From: a virus
Taxonomy: Duplodnaviria > Heunggongvirae > Uroviricota > Caudoviricetes
Strand: one strand, 5' to 3'
Virus record (IMG/VR): IMGVR_UViG_2802429231_000006
Length of the DNA stretch: 7,055 nucleotides
Below are positions 1-7,055 of this stretch, piece after piece (the first letter of the stretch is position 1; every line of letters begins with the position of its first letter). Under the pieces are notes generated by a model. It was not told where the DNA came from. It searched no databases and worked only from the letters and a program-made list of their open reading frames with translations. The position numbers and the translations under genes are program-made.

Positions 1-1191
1 ATGAGTGACTATCATCACGGCGTGCAGGTGCTGGAGATTAACGACGGCACCCGCGTCATTTCCACCGTATCCACTGCCATTGTCGGCATGGTCTGCACGG
101 CCAGCGATGCGGATGCGGAAATCTTCCCCCTCAATAAACCGGTGCTGATTACCAATGTGCAGAGCGCAATTGCAAAGGCCGGTAAAAAAGGCACGCTGGC
201 GGCGTCGTTACAGGCCATCGCTGACCAGTCAAAACCGGTCACCGTTGTCGTCCGTGTGGAAGACGGCACCGGCGAAGACGAAGAAACGAAACTCGCGCAG
301 ACCGTTTCCAATATCATCGGCACCACCGACGAAAACGGTCAGTACACCGGACTGAAAGCCCTGCTGGCGGCGGAGTCAGTAACCGGTGTTAAACCGCGTA
401 TTCTCGGCGTGCCGGGACTGGACACCAAAGAGGTGGCTGTTGCACTGGCATCAGTCTGTCAGAAGCTGCGCGCTTTCGGGTATATCAGCGCATGGGGCTG
501 TAAGACCATTTCCGAGGTGAAAGCCTACCGCCAGAATTTCAGCCAGCGTGAGCTGATGGTCATCTGGCCGGATTTCCTCGCATGGGATACGGTCACCAGT
601 ACCACCGCCACCGCGTATGCCACCGCCCGTGCGCTGGGTCTGCGTGCCAAAATCGACCAGGAGCAGGGCTGGCATAAAACGCTGTCCAACGTCGGGGTAA
701 ACGGTGTTACCGGCATCAGTGCCTCTGTATTCTGGGATTTGCAGGAGTCCGGCACCGATGCTGACCTGCTTAACGAGTCAGGCGTCACTACGCTGATTCG
801 CCGTGACGGTTTCCGATTCTGGGGTAACCGTACCTGCTCTGATGACCCGCTTTTCCTCTTTGAAAACTACACCCGCACCGCGCAGGTGCTGGCCGATACG
901 ATGGCTGAGGCGCACATGTGGGCGGTGGACAAGCCCATCACCGCAACGCTGATTCGCGACATCGTTGACGGCATCAATGCCAAATTCCGTGAGCTGAAAA
1001 CAAACGGCTATATCGTGGATGCGACCTGCTGGTTCAGCGAAGAATCCAACGATGCGGAAACCCTCAAGGCCGGAAAACTGTATATCGACTACGACTATAC
1101 CCCGGTGCCTCCTCTCGAAAACATGACCCTGCGCCAGCGTATCACCGATAAATATCTGGCAAATCTGGTCACCTCGGTTAACAGCAATTAA
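1..1191 (+). CDS. FI: Contractile tail sheath protein (P2 gpFI family)
   Basis: 396-aa ORF starting with ATG at position 1; sequence is recognisably P2 gpFI-like (begins MSDYHHGVQVLEIN) and has the same length as P2 FI; immediately followed by the tube gene. Confidence 0.93.
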   Translation: MSDYHHGVQVLEINDGTRVISTVSTAIVGMVCTASDADAEIFPLNKPVLITNVQSAIAKAGKKGTLAASLQAIADQSKPVTVVVRVEDGTGEDEETKLAQTVSNIIGTTDENGQYTGLKALLAAESVTGVKPRILGVPGLDTKEVAVALASVCQKLRAFGYISAWGCKTISEVKAYRQNFSQRELMVIWPDFLAWDTVTSTTATAYATARALGLRAKIDQEQGWHKTLSNVGVNGVTGISASVFWDLQESGTDADLLNESGVTTLIRRDGFRFWGNRTCSDDPLFLFENYTRTAQVLADTMAEAHMWAVDKPITATLIRDIVDGINAKFRELKTNGYIVDATCWFSEESNDAETLKAGKLYIDYDYTPVPPLENMTLRQRITDKYLANLVTSVNSN

Positions 1192-1203
1192 GGAGCCTGA
1201 CCG

Positions 1204-1722
1204 ATGGCAATGCCGCGCAAACTCAAGTTAATGAACGTCTTTCTGAACGGCTACAGCTATCAGGGCGTTGCAAAGTCCGTCACGCTGCCAAAACTGACCC
1301 GTAAGCTCGAAAACTATCGCGGTGCGGGGATGAACGGCAGCGCACCGGTAGACCTCGGCCTTGATGACGATGCGCTGTCAATGGAGTGGTCGCTCGGGGG
1401 CTTTCCGGATTCGGTTATCTGGGAGCTTTACGCCGCAACCGGTGTGGATGCTGTGCCGATTCGTTTTGCAGGCTCTTACCAGCGTGACGATACCGGCGAA
1501 ACGGTGGCCGTCGAAGTGGTCATGCGTGGACGTCAGAAAGAAATCGACACCGGCGAGGGTAAACAGGGAGAAGACACTGAGTCGAAAATCTCCGTGGTCT
1601 GCACCTATTTCCGGCTGACGATGGACGGTAAGGAGCTGGTCGAAATCGACACCATCAACATGATTGAGAAGGTGAACGGCGTCGACCGGCTGGAGCAACA
1701 CCGCCGCAATATCGGCCTGTGA
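1204..1722 (+). CDS. FII: Tail tube protein (P2 gpFII family)
   Basis: 172-aa ORF with ATG at 1204 preceded by AAGGAG at 1190-1195; same length and position as P2 FII, directly after the sheath gene. Confidence 0.92.
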   Translation: MAMPRKLKLMNVFLNGYSYQGVAKSVTLPKLTRKLENYRGAGMNGSAPVDLGLDDDALSMEWSLGGFPDSVIWELYAATGVDAVPIRFAGSYQRDDTGETVAVEVVMRGRQKEIDTGEGKQGEDTESKISVVCTYFRLTMDGKELVEIDTINMIEKVNGVDRLEQHRRNIGL

Positions 1723-1729
1723 TTTTCAT

Positions 1730-1750
1730 CCGGTCAGCCTGGCTGACCGG
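1730..1750 (+). promoter_or_regulatory. Perfect 10-bp inverted repeat (CCGGTCAGCC t GGCTGACCGG) in the FII-E intergenic region; possible RNA stem-loop
   Basis: Palindrome read directly from the sequence between the FII stop (1722) and the E start (1779); there is no strong T-tract after it, so it is not a classical intrinsic terminator. Confidence 0.35.
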
Positions 1751-1778
1751 TTAACCCCGATTCATAAGTGAGAAAACC

Positions 1779-2054
1779 ATGAACAAAGAAAATGTGATTA
1801 CCCTGGACAATCCGGTCAAGCGTGGTGAGCAGGTTATCGAACAGGTCACGCTGATGAAACCCAATGCCGGGACGCTGCGCGGTGTCAGTCTGGCTGCGGT
1901 CGCAAATTCCGAAGTCGATGCACTGATTAAAGTGCTGCCGCGCATGACGGCACCGATGCTGACCGAGCAGGAGGTCGCCGCGCTGGAACTGCCTGACCTT
2001 GTGGCGCTGGCCGGTAAGGTGGTCGGTTTTTTGTCGCCGAACTCGGTGCAGTAA
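1779..2054 (+). CDS. E: Tail assembly chaperone gpE (zero-frame product)
   Basis: 91-aa ORF with ATG at 1779 and TAA at 2052-2054; position and size match P2 gene E between FII and T. Confidence 0.88.
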   Translation: MNKENVITLDNPVKRGEQVIEQVTLMKPNAGTLRGVSLAAVANSEVDALIKVLPRMTAPMLTEQEVAALELPDLVALAGKVVGFLSPNSVQ

Positions 2055-2206
2055 CGTTTCCGAAAAATCTCTCGGTCGATGACCTGATGGCGGATGTGGC
2101 AGTGATATTTCACTGGCCGCCATCAGAACTGTATCCCATGAGCCTGACCGAACTCATCACATGGCGCGAAAAGGCGCTCCGGCGAAGCGGAAACACGAAT
2201 GAGTAA
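1779..2206 (+). CDS. E+E': Tail assembly chaperone gpE+E' fusion made by programmed -1 ribosomal frameshift
   Basis: Slippery heptamer T TTT TTG at 2027-2033 lies near the 3' end of E; after a -1 slip the frame stays open for about 57 codons (…LSVDDLMADVAVIFHWPPSELYPMSLTELITWREKALRRSGNTNE) to TAA at 2204-2206, giving a product of about 142 aa as known for P2 E+E'. The extension has no start codon of its own, so it is absent from the ORF track. Confidence 0.8.
2027..2033 (+). other. Programmed -1 frameshift slippery site TTTTTTG
   Basis: Heptanucleotide in X XXY YYZ register relative to the E reading frame, positioned a few codons before the E stop; conserved mechanism in P2 E/E' and analogous to lambda G/GT. 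Confidence 0.75.
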
Positions 2207-4646
2207 CAATGTAAAATTACAGGTATTGCTCAGGGCTGTTGACCTGGCATCCCGCCCGTTTAAATCCATCCGCACAGCGAGCAAATCGCTGTCGGGGGAT
2301 ATCCGGGACACACAAAAATCACTGCGCGAGCTGAACGGTCACGCATCCCGTATTGAGGGATTTCGCAAGACCAGTGCACAGCTCGCCGTGACTGGTCAGG
2401 AACTGAAAAAAGCCAGACAGGAAGCCGCAGCTCTGGCTGTCCAGTTTAAAAATACTGAACGACCGACAAATGCACAGGCAAAGGCAATGGAAGCCGCGCG
2501 TAAAAATGCGTCTGAGTTACAGGCGAAATATAACAGCCTGAGATTGTCGGTACAGCGCCAGCGTCAGGAATTGAGTCAGGCGGGTATTAATACCCGTAAT
2601 CTGGCGCATGATGAACGAGGGCTGAAAAACCGTATCAGTGAAACCACCGCACAGCTTAACCGTCAGCGTGACGCGCTGGCACGTGTCAGTGCACAACAGG
2701 CAAAACTTAACGCAGTCAAACAGCGTTATCAGGCCGGAAAGGAACCGGCCGGAAATATGGCCTCGGTGGGCGCTGCCGGTGTGGGGATTGCGGCGGCGGG
2801 AACGATGGCCGGAGTTAAGTTGCTGATGCCCGGTTATGAGTTTGCGCAGAAAAACTCAGAATTGCAGGCCGTGCTCGGAGTGGCAAAAGACTCCGCCGAA
2901 ATGGCCGCGCTCCGCAAGCAGGCGCGCCAGCTCGGCGATAATACCGCCGCCTCGGCGGATGATGCGGCCGGTGCGCAGATTATCATTGCGAAAGCGGGTG
3001 GAGATGCTGCGGCTATTCAGGCGGCAACGCCGGTCACGCTGAATATGGCACTGGCGAATCAGCGGTCGATGGAAGAAAACGCGCAACTGTTGCTGGGGAC
3101 TAAGGCATCCTTTCAACTGTCAAATGATGATGTCAGCCATGTGGGCGACGTGTTGTCGGCAACGATGAATAAGTCGGCGGCTGATTTTCAGGGACTCAGT
3201 GATGCACTGACTTACCTCGGGCCGGTTGCGAGGACGGCAGGTGTAAGTCTTGAGCAGGCAGCGGCCATGACAGGTGTGCTGCATGACAATAACATCAGGG
3301 GGTCAATGGCGGGTACGGGTAGCAGTGCCGTTGTCACCCGATTACAGGCACCGACTGGAAAAGCATGGGATGCACTCAAAGAGCTTGGCGTTAAAACCTC
3401 GGACAAAAAGGGAAATATGCGTCCGTTGTTCACCATTCTGAAAGAGATTCAGGCCAGCTTTGATAAACACAAGCTGGGAACGTCTCAGAAGGGGGAATAC
3501 CTTAAAACCATTTTTGGTGAGGAAGCCCTGAAATCAGCGAACGTTTTACTGGCAGCGGCAGCAAGCGGAAAACTGGATACGCTGACCGCCACGCTGAAAG
3601 CCTCGGACGGTAAAACGGAAGAGCTGGTTAAAATCATGCAGGATAACCTCGGCGGTGACTTTAAGGAGTTTCAGTCCGCTTATGAGGCGGTGGGGACAGA
3701 CCTGTTTGACCAGCAGGAAGGCGCACTGCGTAAGCTCACTCAGACGGCCACAAAGTATGTGTTAAAACTCGACGGCTGGATCCAGAAAAACAAATCACTG
3801 GCATCAACCATCGGCCTCATTGTCGGTGGCGCGCTGGCGCTTATTGGCATCATCGGTGCAATTGGTCTTGTAGCCTGGCCGGTTATCACCGGCATCAATG
3901 CCATCATCGCGGCAGCAGGCGCAATGGGGGCAATCTTCACGACGGTTGGCAGTGCTGTTATGACCGCCATCGGGGCGATTAGCTGGCCGGTTGTGGCTGT
4001 GGTGGCTGCCATTGTCGCCGGGGCGTTGCTTATCCGTAAATACTGGGAGCCTGTCAGCGCATTCTTTGGTGGTGTGGTTGAAGGGCTGAAAGCAGCATTT
4101 GCGCCAGTGGGGGAACTGTTCACGCCACTTAAACCGGTGTTTGACTGGCTGGGTGAAAAGTTACAGGCCGCGTGGCAGTGGTTTAAAAACCTGATTGCCC
4201 CGGTCAAAGCCACCCAGGACACCCTGAACCGTTGCCGTGACACGGGCGTCATGTTCGGGCAGGCACTGGCTGACGCGCTGATGCTGCCGCTTAATGCGTT
4301 CAACAAACTGCGCAGTGGTATTGACTGGGTACTGGAAAAACTCGGTGTTATCAACAAAGAGTCAGACACACTTGACCAGGCCGCCGCCAGAACTCAAGCC
4401 GCCACGTATGGCAGCGGTGGTTATATTCCGGCGACCAGCTCTTATGCAGGTTATCAGGCTTATCAGCCGGTCACGGCACCGGCTGGCCGCTCTTATGTGG
4501 ACCAGAGTAAAAACGAATATCACATCAGCCTGACGGGTGGTACTGCGCCGGGGACACAGCTCGACCGCCAGTTACAGGATGCGCTCGAAAAATACGAGCG
4601 GGATAAACGTGCGCGCGCCCGTGCCAGCATGATGCATGACGGTTAA
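2199..4646 (+). CDS. T: Tail tape measure protein (P2 gpT family)
   Basis: 815-aa ORF with ATG at 2199 overlapping the E' stop by 8 nt; Ala/Gln-rich N-terminal region that looks coiled-coil, long Gly/Ala-rich hydrophobic central segment and the expected position after the chaperone genes; same length as P2 T. Confidence 0.93.
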   Translation: MSNNVKLQVLLRAVDLASRPFKSIRTASKSLSGDIRDTQKSLRELNGHASRIEGFRKTSAQLAVTGQELKKARQEAAALAVQFKNTERPTNAQAKAMEAARKNASELQAKYNSLRLSVQRQRQELSQAGINTRNLAHDERGLKNRISETTAQLNRQRDALARVSAQQAKLNAVKQRYQAGKEPAGNMASVGAAGVGIAAAGTMAGVKLLMPGYEFAQKNSELQAVLGVAKDSAEMAALRKQARQLGDNTAASADDAAGAQIIIAKAGGDAAAIQAATPVTLNMALANQRSMEENAQLLLGTKASFQLSNDDVSHVGDVLSATMNKSAADFQGLSDALTYLGPVARTAGVSLEQAAAMTGVLHDNNIRGSMAGTGSSAVVTRLQAPTGKAWDALKELGVKTSDKKGNMRPLFTILKEIQASFDKHKLGTSQKGEYLKTIFGEEALKSANVLLAAAASGKLDTLTATLKASDGKTEELVKIMQDNLGGDFKEFQSAYEAVGTDLFDQQEGALRKLTQTATKYVLKLDGWIQKNKSLASTIGLIVGGALALIGIIGAIGLVAWPVITGINAIIAAAGAMGAIFTTVGSAVMTAIGAISWPVVAVVAAIVAGALLIRKYWEPVSAFFGGVVEGLKAAFAPVGELFTPLKPVFDWLGEKLQAAWQWFKNLIAPVKATQDTLNRCRDTGVMFGQALADALMLPLNAFNKLRSGIDWVLEKLGVINKESDTLDQAAARTQAATYGSGGYIPATSSYAGYQAYQPVTAPAGRSYVDQSKNEYHISLTGGTAPGTQLDRQLQDALEKYERDKRARARASMMHDG

Positions 4647-4660
4647 GGAGGTGACGAAAA

Positions 4661-5140
4661 ATGATGCTCGCGTTAGGTATGTTTGTTTTTATGCGCCAGA
4701 CGCTGCCACACCAGACCATGCAGCGTGAATCAGATTATCGCTGGCCGTCAAATTCCCGTATCGGTAAACGGGATGCCTTTCAGTTTCTCGGTGTGGGTGA
4801 GGAAAACATCACGCTTGCCGGTGTGCTTTATCCCGAACTGACCGGCGGCAAGCTGACGATGACCACGCTCAGACTGATGGCAGAGGAAGGCCGGGCGTGG
4901 CCGTTGCTGGATGGCACCGGCATGATTTACGGCATGTATGTCATCGGCAGGGTGAGTGAAACAGGGAGTATTTTCTTTGCAGACGGCACACCCCGAAAAA
5001 TTGATTTTACGCTGTCGCTCACCCGCGTTGATGAATCACTGGCCGCGCTGTATGGCGATATCGGTAAACAGGCGGAATCGCTCATCGGTAAGGCTGGCAG
5101 TATGGCGACCAGATTCACGGGTATGACGGGGGCGGGATAA
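4661..5140 (+). CDS. U: Tail protein gpU (tail terminator/completion family)
   Basis: 159-aa ORF with ATG at 4661 preceded by AAGGAGG at 4645-4651; same size and position as P2 U. Confidence 0.9.
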   Translation: MMLALGMFVFMRQTLPHQTMQRESDYRWPSNSRIGKRDAFQFLGVGEENITLAGVLYPELTGGKLTMTTLRLMAEEGRAWPLLDGTGMIYGMYVIGRVSETGSIFFADGTPRKIDFTLSLTRVDESLAALYGDIGKQAESLIGKAGSMATRFTGMTGAG

Positions 5141-6303
5141 TGCTGGATGCGCTGACATTTGATGCAGGCAGTACGCTGACGCCGGATTACATGCTGATGC
5201 TCGACAGCAGGGATATTACCGGCAATATCAGCGACCGTCTGATGAGCATGACCCTGACGGATAACCGGGGCTTTGAGGCTGACCAGCTTGATATTGAACT
5301 GAACGATGCCGACGGGCAGGTCGGGCTGCCGGTTCGTGGCGCTGTCCTGACGGTGTATATCGGCTGGAAAGGTTTTGCCCTGGTATGCAAAGGGAAATTT
5401 ACCGTTGATGAGGTTGAACACCGGGGCGCGCCGGATGTGGTCACCATCCGCGCCCGGAGTGCAGATTTTCGCGGGACGCTCAATTCCCGCCGGGAAGGCT
5501 CCTGGCATGACACCACACTCGGTGCGATTGTTGAGGCGATAGCCTCCCGTAACAAGCTGGAGGCCAGTGTCGCTCCGTCACTGGCCGGAATTAAAATCCC
5601 GCACATCGACCAGTCGCAGGAGTCTGATGCGAAATTCCTGACCCGTCTTGCAGAACGCAACGGCGGTGAGGTGTCGGTAAAAATGGGAAAACTGTTGTTT
5701 CTCAAAGCGGGGCAGGGGGTGACGGCCAGCGGTAAAAAAATCCCGCAGGTCACCATCACCCGCAGCGACGGCGACCGTCATCATTTTGCGATTGCTGACC
5801 GTGGAGCTTACACCGGCGTAACGGCAAAGTGGTTACACACCAAAGACCCGAAGCCGCAAAAGCAGAAGGTAAAACTGAAACGCAAAAAGAAAGAAAAACA
5901 CCTGCGCGCACTGGAGCACCCGAAAGCGAAACCAGTCACGCAGAAGAAAGCGCCAAAAGCACCGGAAGCGCGCGAAGGTGAATACATGGCCGGTGAGGCT
6001 GACAACGTTTTTGCCCTGACTACGGTTTATGCCACGAAAGCACAGGCCATGCGCGCCGCTCAGGCGAAGTGGGATAAACTGCAACGGGGCGTTGCGGAGT
6101 TCTCCATCAGCCTGGCTACCGGTCGGGCAGATATTTACACGGAAACACCGGTCAAAGTGTCTGGCTTTAAGCGCGTCATAGACGAGCAGGACTGGACAAT
6201 CACTAAGGTGACACATTTTCTGAATAATAGCGGCTTCACGACGTCCTTAGAGCTTGAGGTCAGGCTTTCTGATGTGGAGTACGAAACAGAAGATGATGAG
6301 TGA
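5140..6303 (+). CDS. D: Late control gene D protein gpD (tail/baseplate hub-like protein)
   Basis: 387-aa ORF whose ATG overlaps the U stop (TAATG at 5138-5142), suggesting translational coupling; same length and position as P2 D; contains a Lys/Pro-rich basic segment. Confidence 0.9.
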   Translation: MLDALTFDAGSTLTPDYMLMLDSRDITGNISDRLMSMTLTDNRGFEADQLDIELNDADGQVGLPVRGAVLTVYIGWKGFALVCKGKFTVDEVEHRGAPDVVTIRARSADFRGTLNSRREGSWHDTTLGAIVEAIASRNKLEASVAPSLAGIKIPHIDQSQESDAKFLTRLAERNGGEVSVKMGKLLFLKAGQGVTASGKKIPQVTITRSDGDRHHFAIADRGAYTGVTAKWLHTKDPKPQKQKVKLKRKKKEKHLRALEHPKAKPVTQKKAPKAPEAREGEYMAGEADNVFALTTVYATKAQAMRAAQAKWDKLQRGVAEFSISLATGRADIYTETPVKVSGFKRVIDEQDWTITKVTHFLNNSGFTTSLELEVRLSDVEYETEDDE

Positions 6304-6321
6304 TGTTTTTGTTTTATCTAT

Positions 6322-6350
6322 TTGTTTTGTAAGGATAAATTAACTAAAAT
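6322..6350 (+). promoter_or_regulatory. Candidate sigma70 promoter for ogr (TTGTTT-N17-TAAAAT) with T-rich upstream region
   Basis: -35-like TTGTTT at 6322-6327 and -10-like TAAAAT at 6345-6350 with a 17-bp spacer, about 35 bp upstream of the ogr ATG; P2 ogr is known to have its own promoter. Called by sequence pattern only. Confidence 0.45.
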
Positions 6351-6384
6351 GGCACCATCAACAAAACCGGAAGAGGTGCTCGCG

Positions 6385-6603
6385 ATGTTTCATTGTCCTT
6401 TATGCCAGCATGCCGCACATGCGCGTACAAGCCGCTATATCACTGACACGACAAAAGAGCGTTATCACCAGTGTCAGAACGTGAATTGCAGCGCCACGTT
6501 CATCACTTATGAGTCGGTACAGCGATACATTGTGAAGCCGGGAGAAGTCCACGCCGTAAGGCCGCACCCGTTGCCGTCAGGGCAGCAAATTATGTGGATG
6601 TAA
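6385..6603 (+). CDS. ogr: Late transcription activator Ogr (Cys4 zinc-finger protein)
   Basis: 72-aa product from ATG 6385 (MFHCPLCQHAAHARTSRY…) preceded by GGAAGAGGTG at 6369-6378; C-x2-C-x22-C-x4-C zinc-binding motif; size and sequence match P2 Ogr. The 93-aa ORF in the track begins at a TTG inside the putative promoter and is an over-extension. Confidence 0.9.
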   Translation: MFHCPLCQHAAHARTSRYITDTTKERYHQCQNVNCSATFITYESVQRYIVKPGEVHAVRPHPLPSGQQIMWM

Positions 6604-6613
6604 TTACAAACAG

Positions 6614-6646
6614 AAGCCCCTCAGTCGAGGGGCTTTCAACTTTGTT
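6614..6646. terminator. Bidirectional rho-independent terminator between convergent ogr and the minus-strand gene
   Basis: GC-rich 9-bp stem (6614-6622 pairing with 6627-6635, core GCCCCTC/GAGGGGC) with loop AGTC, followed by T-rich sequence on the + strand (TTTcaacTTTGTTT) and by a U-rich tract on the minus-strand transcript (revcomp of 6601-6613). Confidence 0.7.
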
Positions 6647-6653
6647 TAGGAGC

Positions 6654-7055
6654 TTATTTCCCTGTGTAAAGACGTGTTTGGGATGAAAGTAACACTTGCC
6701 CCTGTTTAGGCGTCAACGAACCTATTTCATTGCATGTTTTTAATGGTTCGGAAAAAACATAACCGATGGATTTATATTGATTAACTATGCTTATTTCTTT
6801 GATTTTTTTGAGATATGAAACAGGCGTGTCTTTTGTCCAGACTGGTGTGCATACACCCGTCATAATCAGGTTGTTGTAGGCGTCAGGAGAGATTTCTTTG
6901 CTAGGAAGCACCACCGTAAGCGAGTTGTTTTTATTCGTGATTTCTAGGGGTTGCCATGGTTTAAGCTGCTTTTGAAGGGTTTTAATATCACTCGCGTTTG
7001 CGTTGAGTGAAATTATTAAGGTGGCTATTGCCATCACTGATTTAAGAGTTGCCAT
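6654..7055 (-). CDS. Hypothetical secreted/periplasmic protein, 133 aa, with N-terminal Sec signal peptide; unknown function
   Basis: Complete ORF from ATG (revcomp of 7053-7055) to TAA (revcomp of 6654-6656); N-terminus MATLKSVMAIATLIISLNANA followed by SD has a positive n-region, hydrophobic core and A-x-A cleavage motif; two Cys in the mature part; AT-rich unlike the phage genes; no family recognised from memory. Confidence 0.65.
   Translation of the reverse strand: MATLKSVMAIATLIISLNANASDIKTLQKQLKPWQPLEITNKNNSLTVVLPSKEISPDAYNNLIMTGVCTPVWTKDTPVSYLKKIKEISIVNQYKSIGYVFSEPLKTCNEIGSLTPKQGQVLLSSQTRLYTGK

Larger units (their letters stand above)
1..6646 (+). mobile_element. P2-like (Peduovirus) prophage or phage tail gene module, right arm: FI-FII-E/E'-T-U-D-ogr
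   Basis: Seven co-oriented genes whose order, lengths (396, 172, 91, 815, 159, 387, 72 aa) and recalled sequences match the P2 late tail operon plus ogr; the left boundary is the window edge, and the right boundary is placed at the terminator and composition break near 6640. Confidence 0.85.

Noticed and set aside
2638-3042. Small + strand ORFs in alternative frames inside T (2638..2826, 2836..3042, 4294..4533) and inside FI/FII (155..355, 1361..1618)
   Set aside because: They overlap real genes out of frame, are Arg/Pro-rich as expected for off-frame translation of GC-rich sequence, and have no support as embedded genes.
3740-4369. 209-aa minus-strand ORF (also 4927..5508, 5187..5759, 1734..2123, 1751..2113, 5833..6216, 5808..6005 and other antisense ORFs)
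   Set aside because: All lie fully inside and antisense to confidently identified P2-family tail genes; they are shadow ORFs typical of GC-rich coding DNA, with low-complexity or odd composition and no convincing ribosome-binding sites.
6322-6384. N-terminal extension of the ogr ORF (93-aa version starting at 6322)
   Set aside because: It starts at a TTG overlapping the putative -35 hexamer; the ATG at 6385 has a good Shine-Dalgarno and gives the known 72-aa Ogr length.
6604-7055. Integrase gene or canonical P2 attP core / cyaR sRNA 3' end expected after ogr
   Set aside because: No exact or near-exact copy of the P2 core (or its reverse complement) is present, and the minus-strand ORF has a signal peptide and no tyrosine-recombinase character, so neither int nor a canonical att site can be called here.
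1-7055. CRISPR arrays, tRNA/rRNA genes, insertion sequences
   Set aside because: No regularly spaced direct repeats, no cloverleaf-like conserved tRNA sequences and no terminal inverted repeats with a transposase ORF were seen; the window is almost entirely protein-coding.

Overview
This window is the right-arm tail module of a P2-like (Peduovirus) temperate phage or prophage, in canonical P2 order on the + strand: FI (tail sheath), FII (tail tube), E and E+E' (tail assembly chaperones joined by a programmed -1 frameshift), T (tape measure), U, D and ogr (zinc-finger late-gene activator). Genes are tightly packed with Shine-Dalgarno sites and overlapping stop/start codons (E'/T, U/D). A GC-rich hairpin downstream of ogr looks like a bidirectional terminator. 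Beyond it the composition turns abruptly AT-rich and a convergent minus-strand gene encodes a 133-aa protein with a clear signal peptide, sitting where P2 itself has attP and int. That gene is the only part I cannot assign: it could be a phage accessory (moron) gene or the first host gene past the prophage end. I see no multi-gene novel system, CRISPR array, tRNA or rRNA here; identifications rest on recalled P2 protein lengths and sequences, not on a search.
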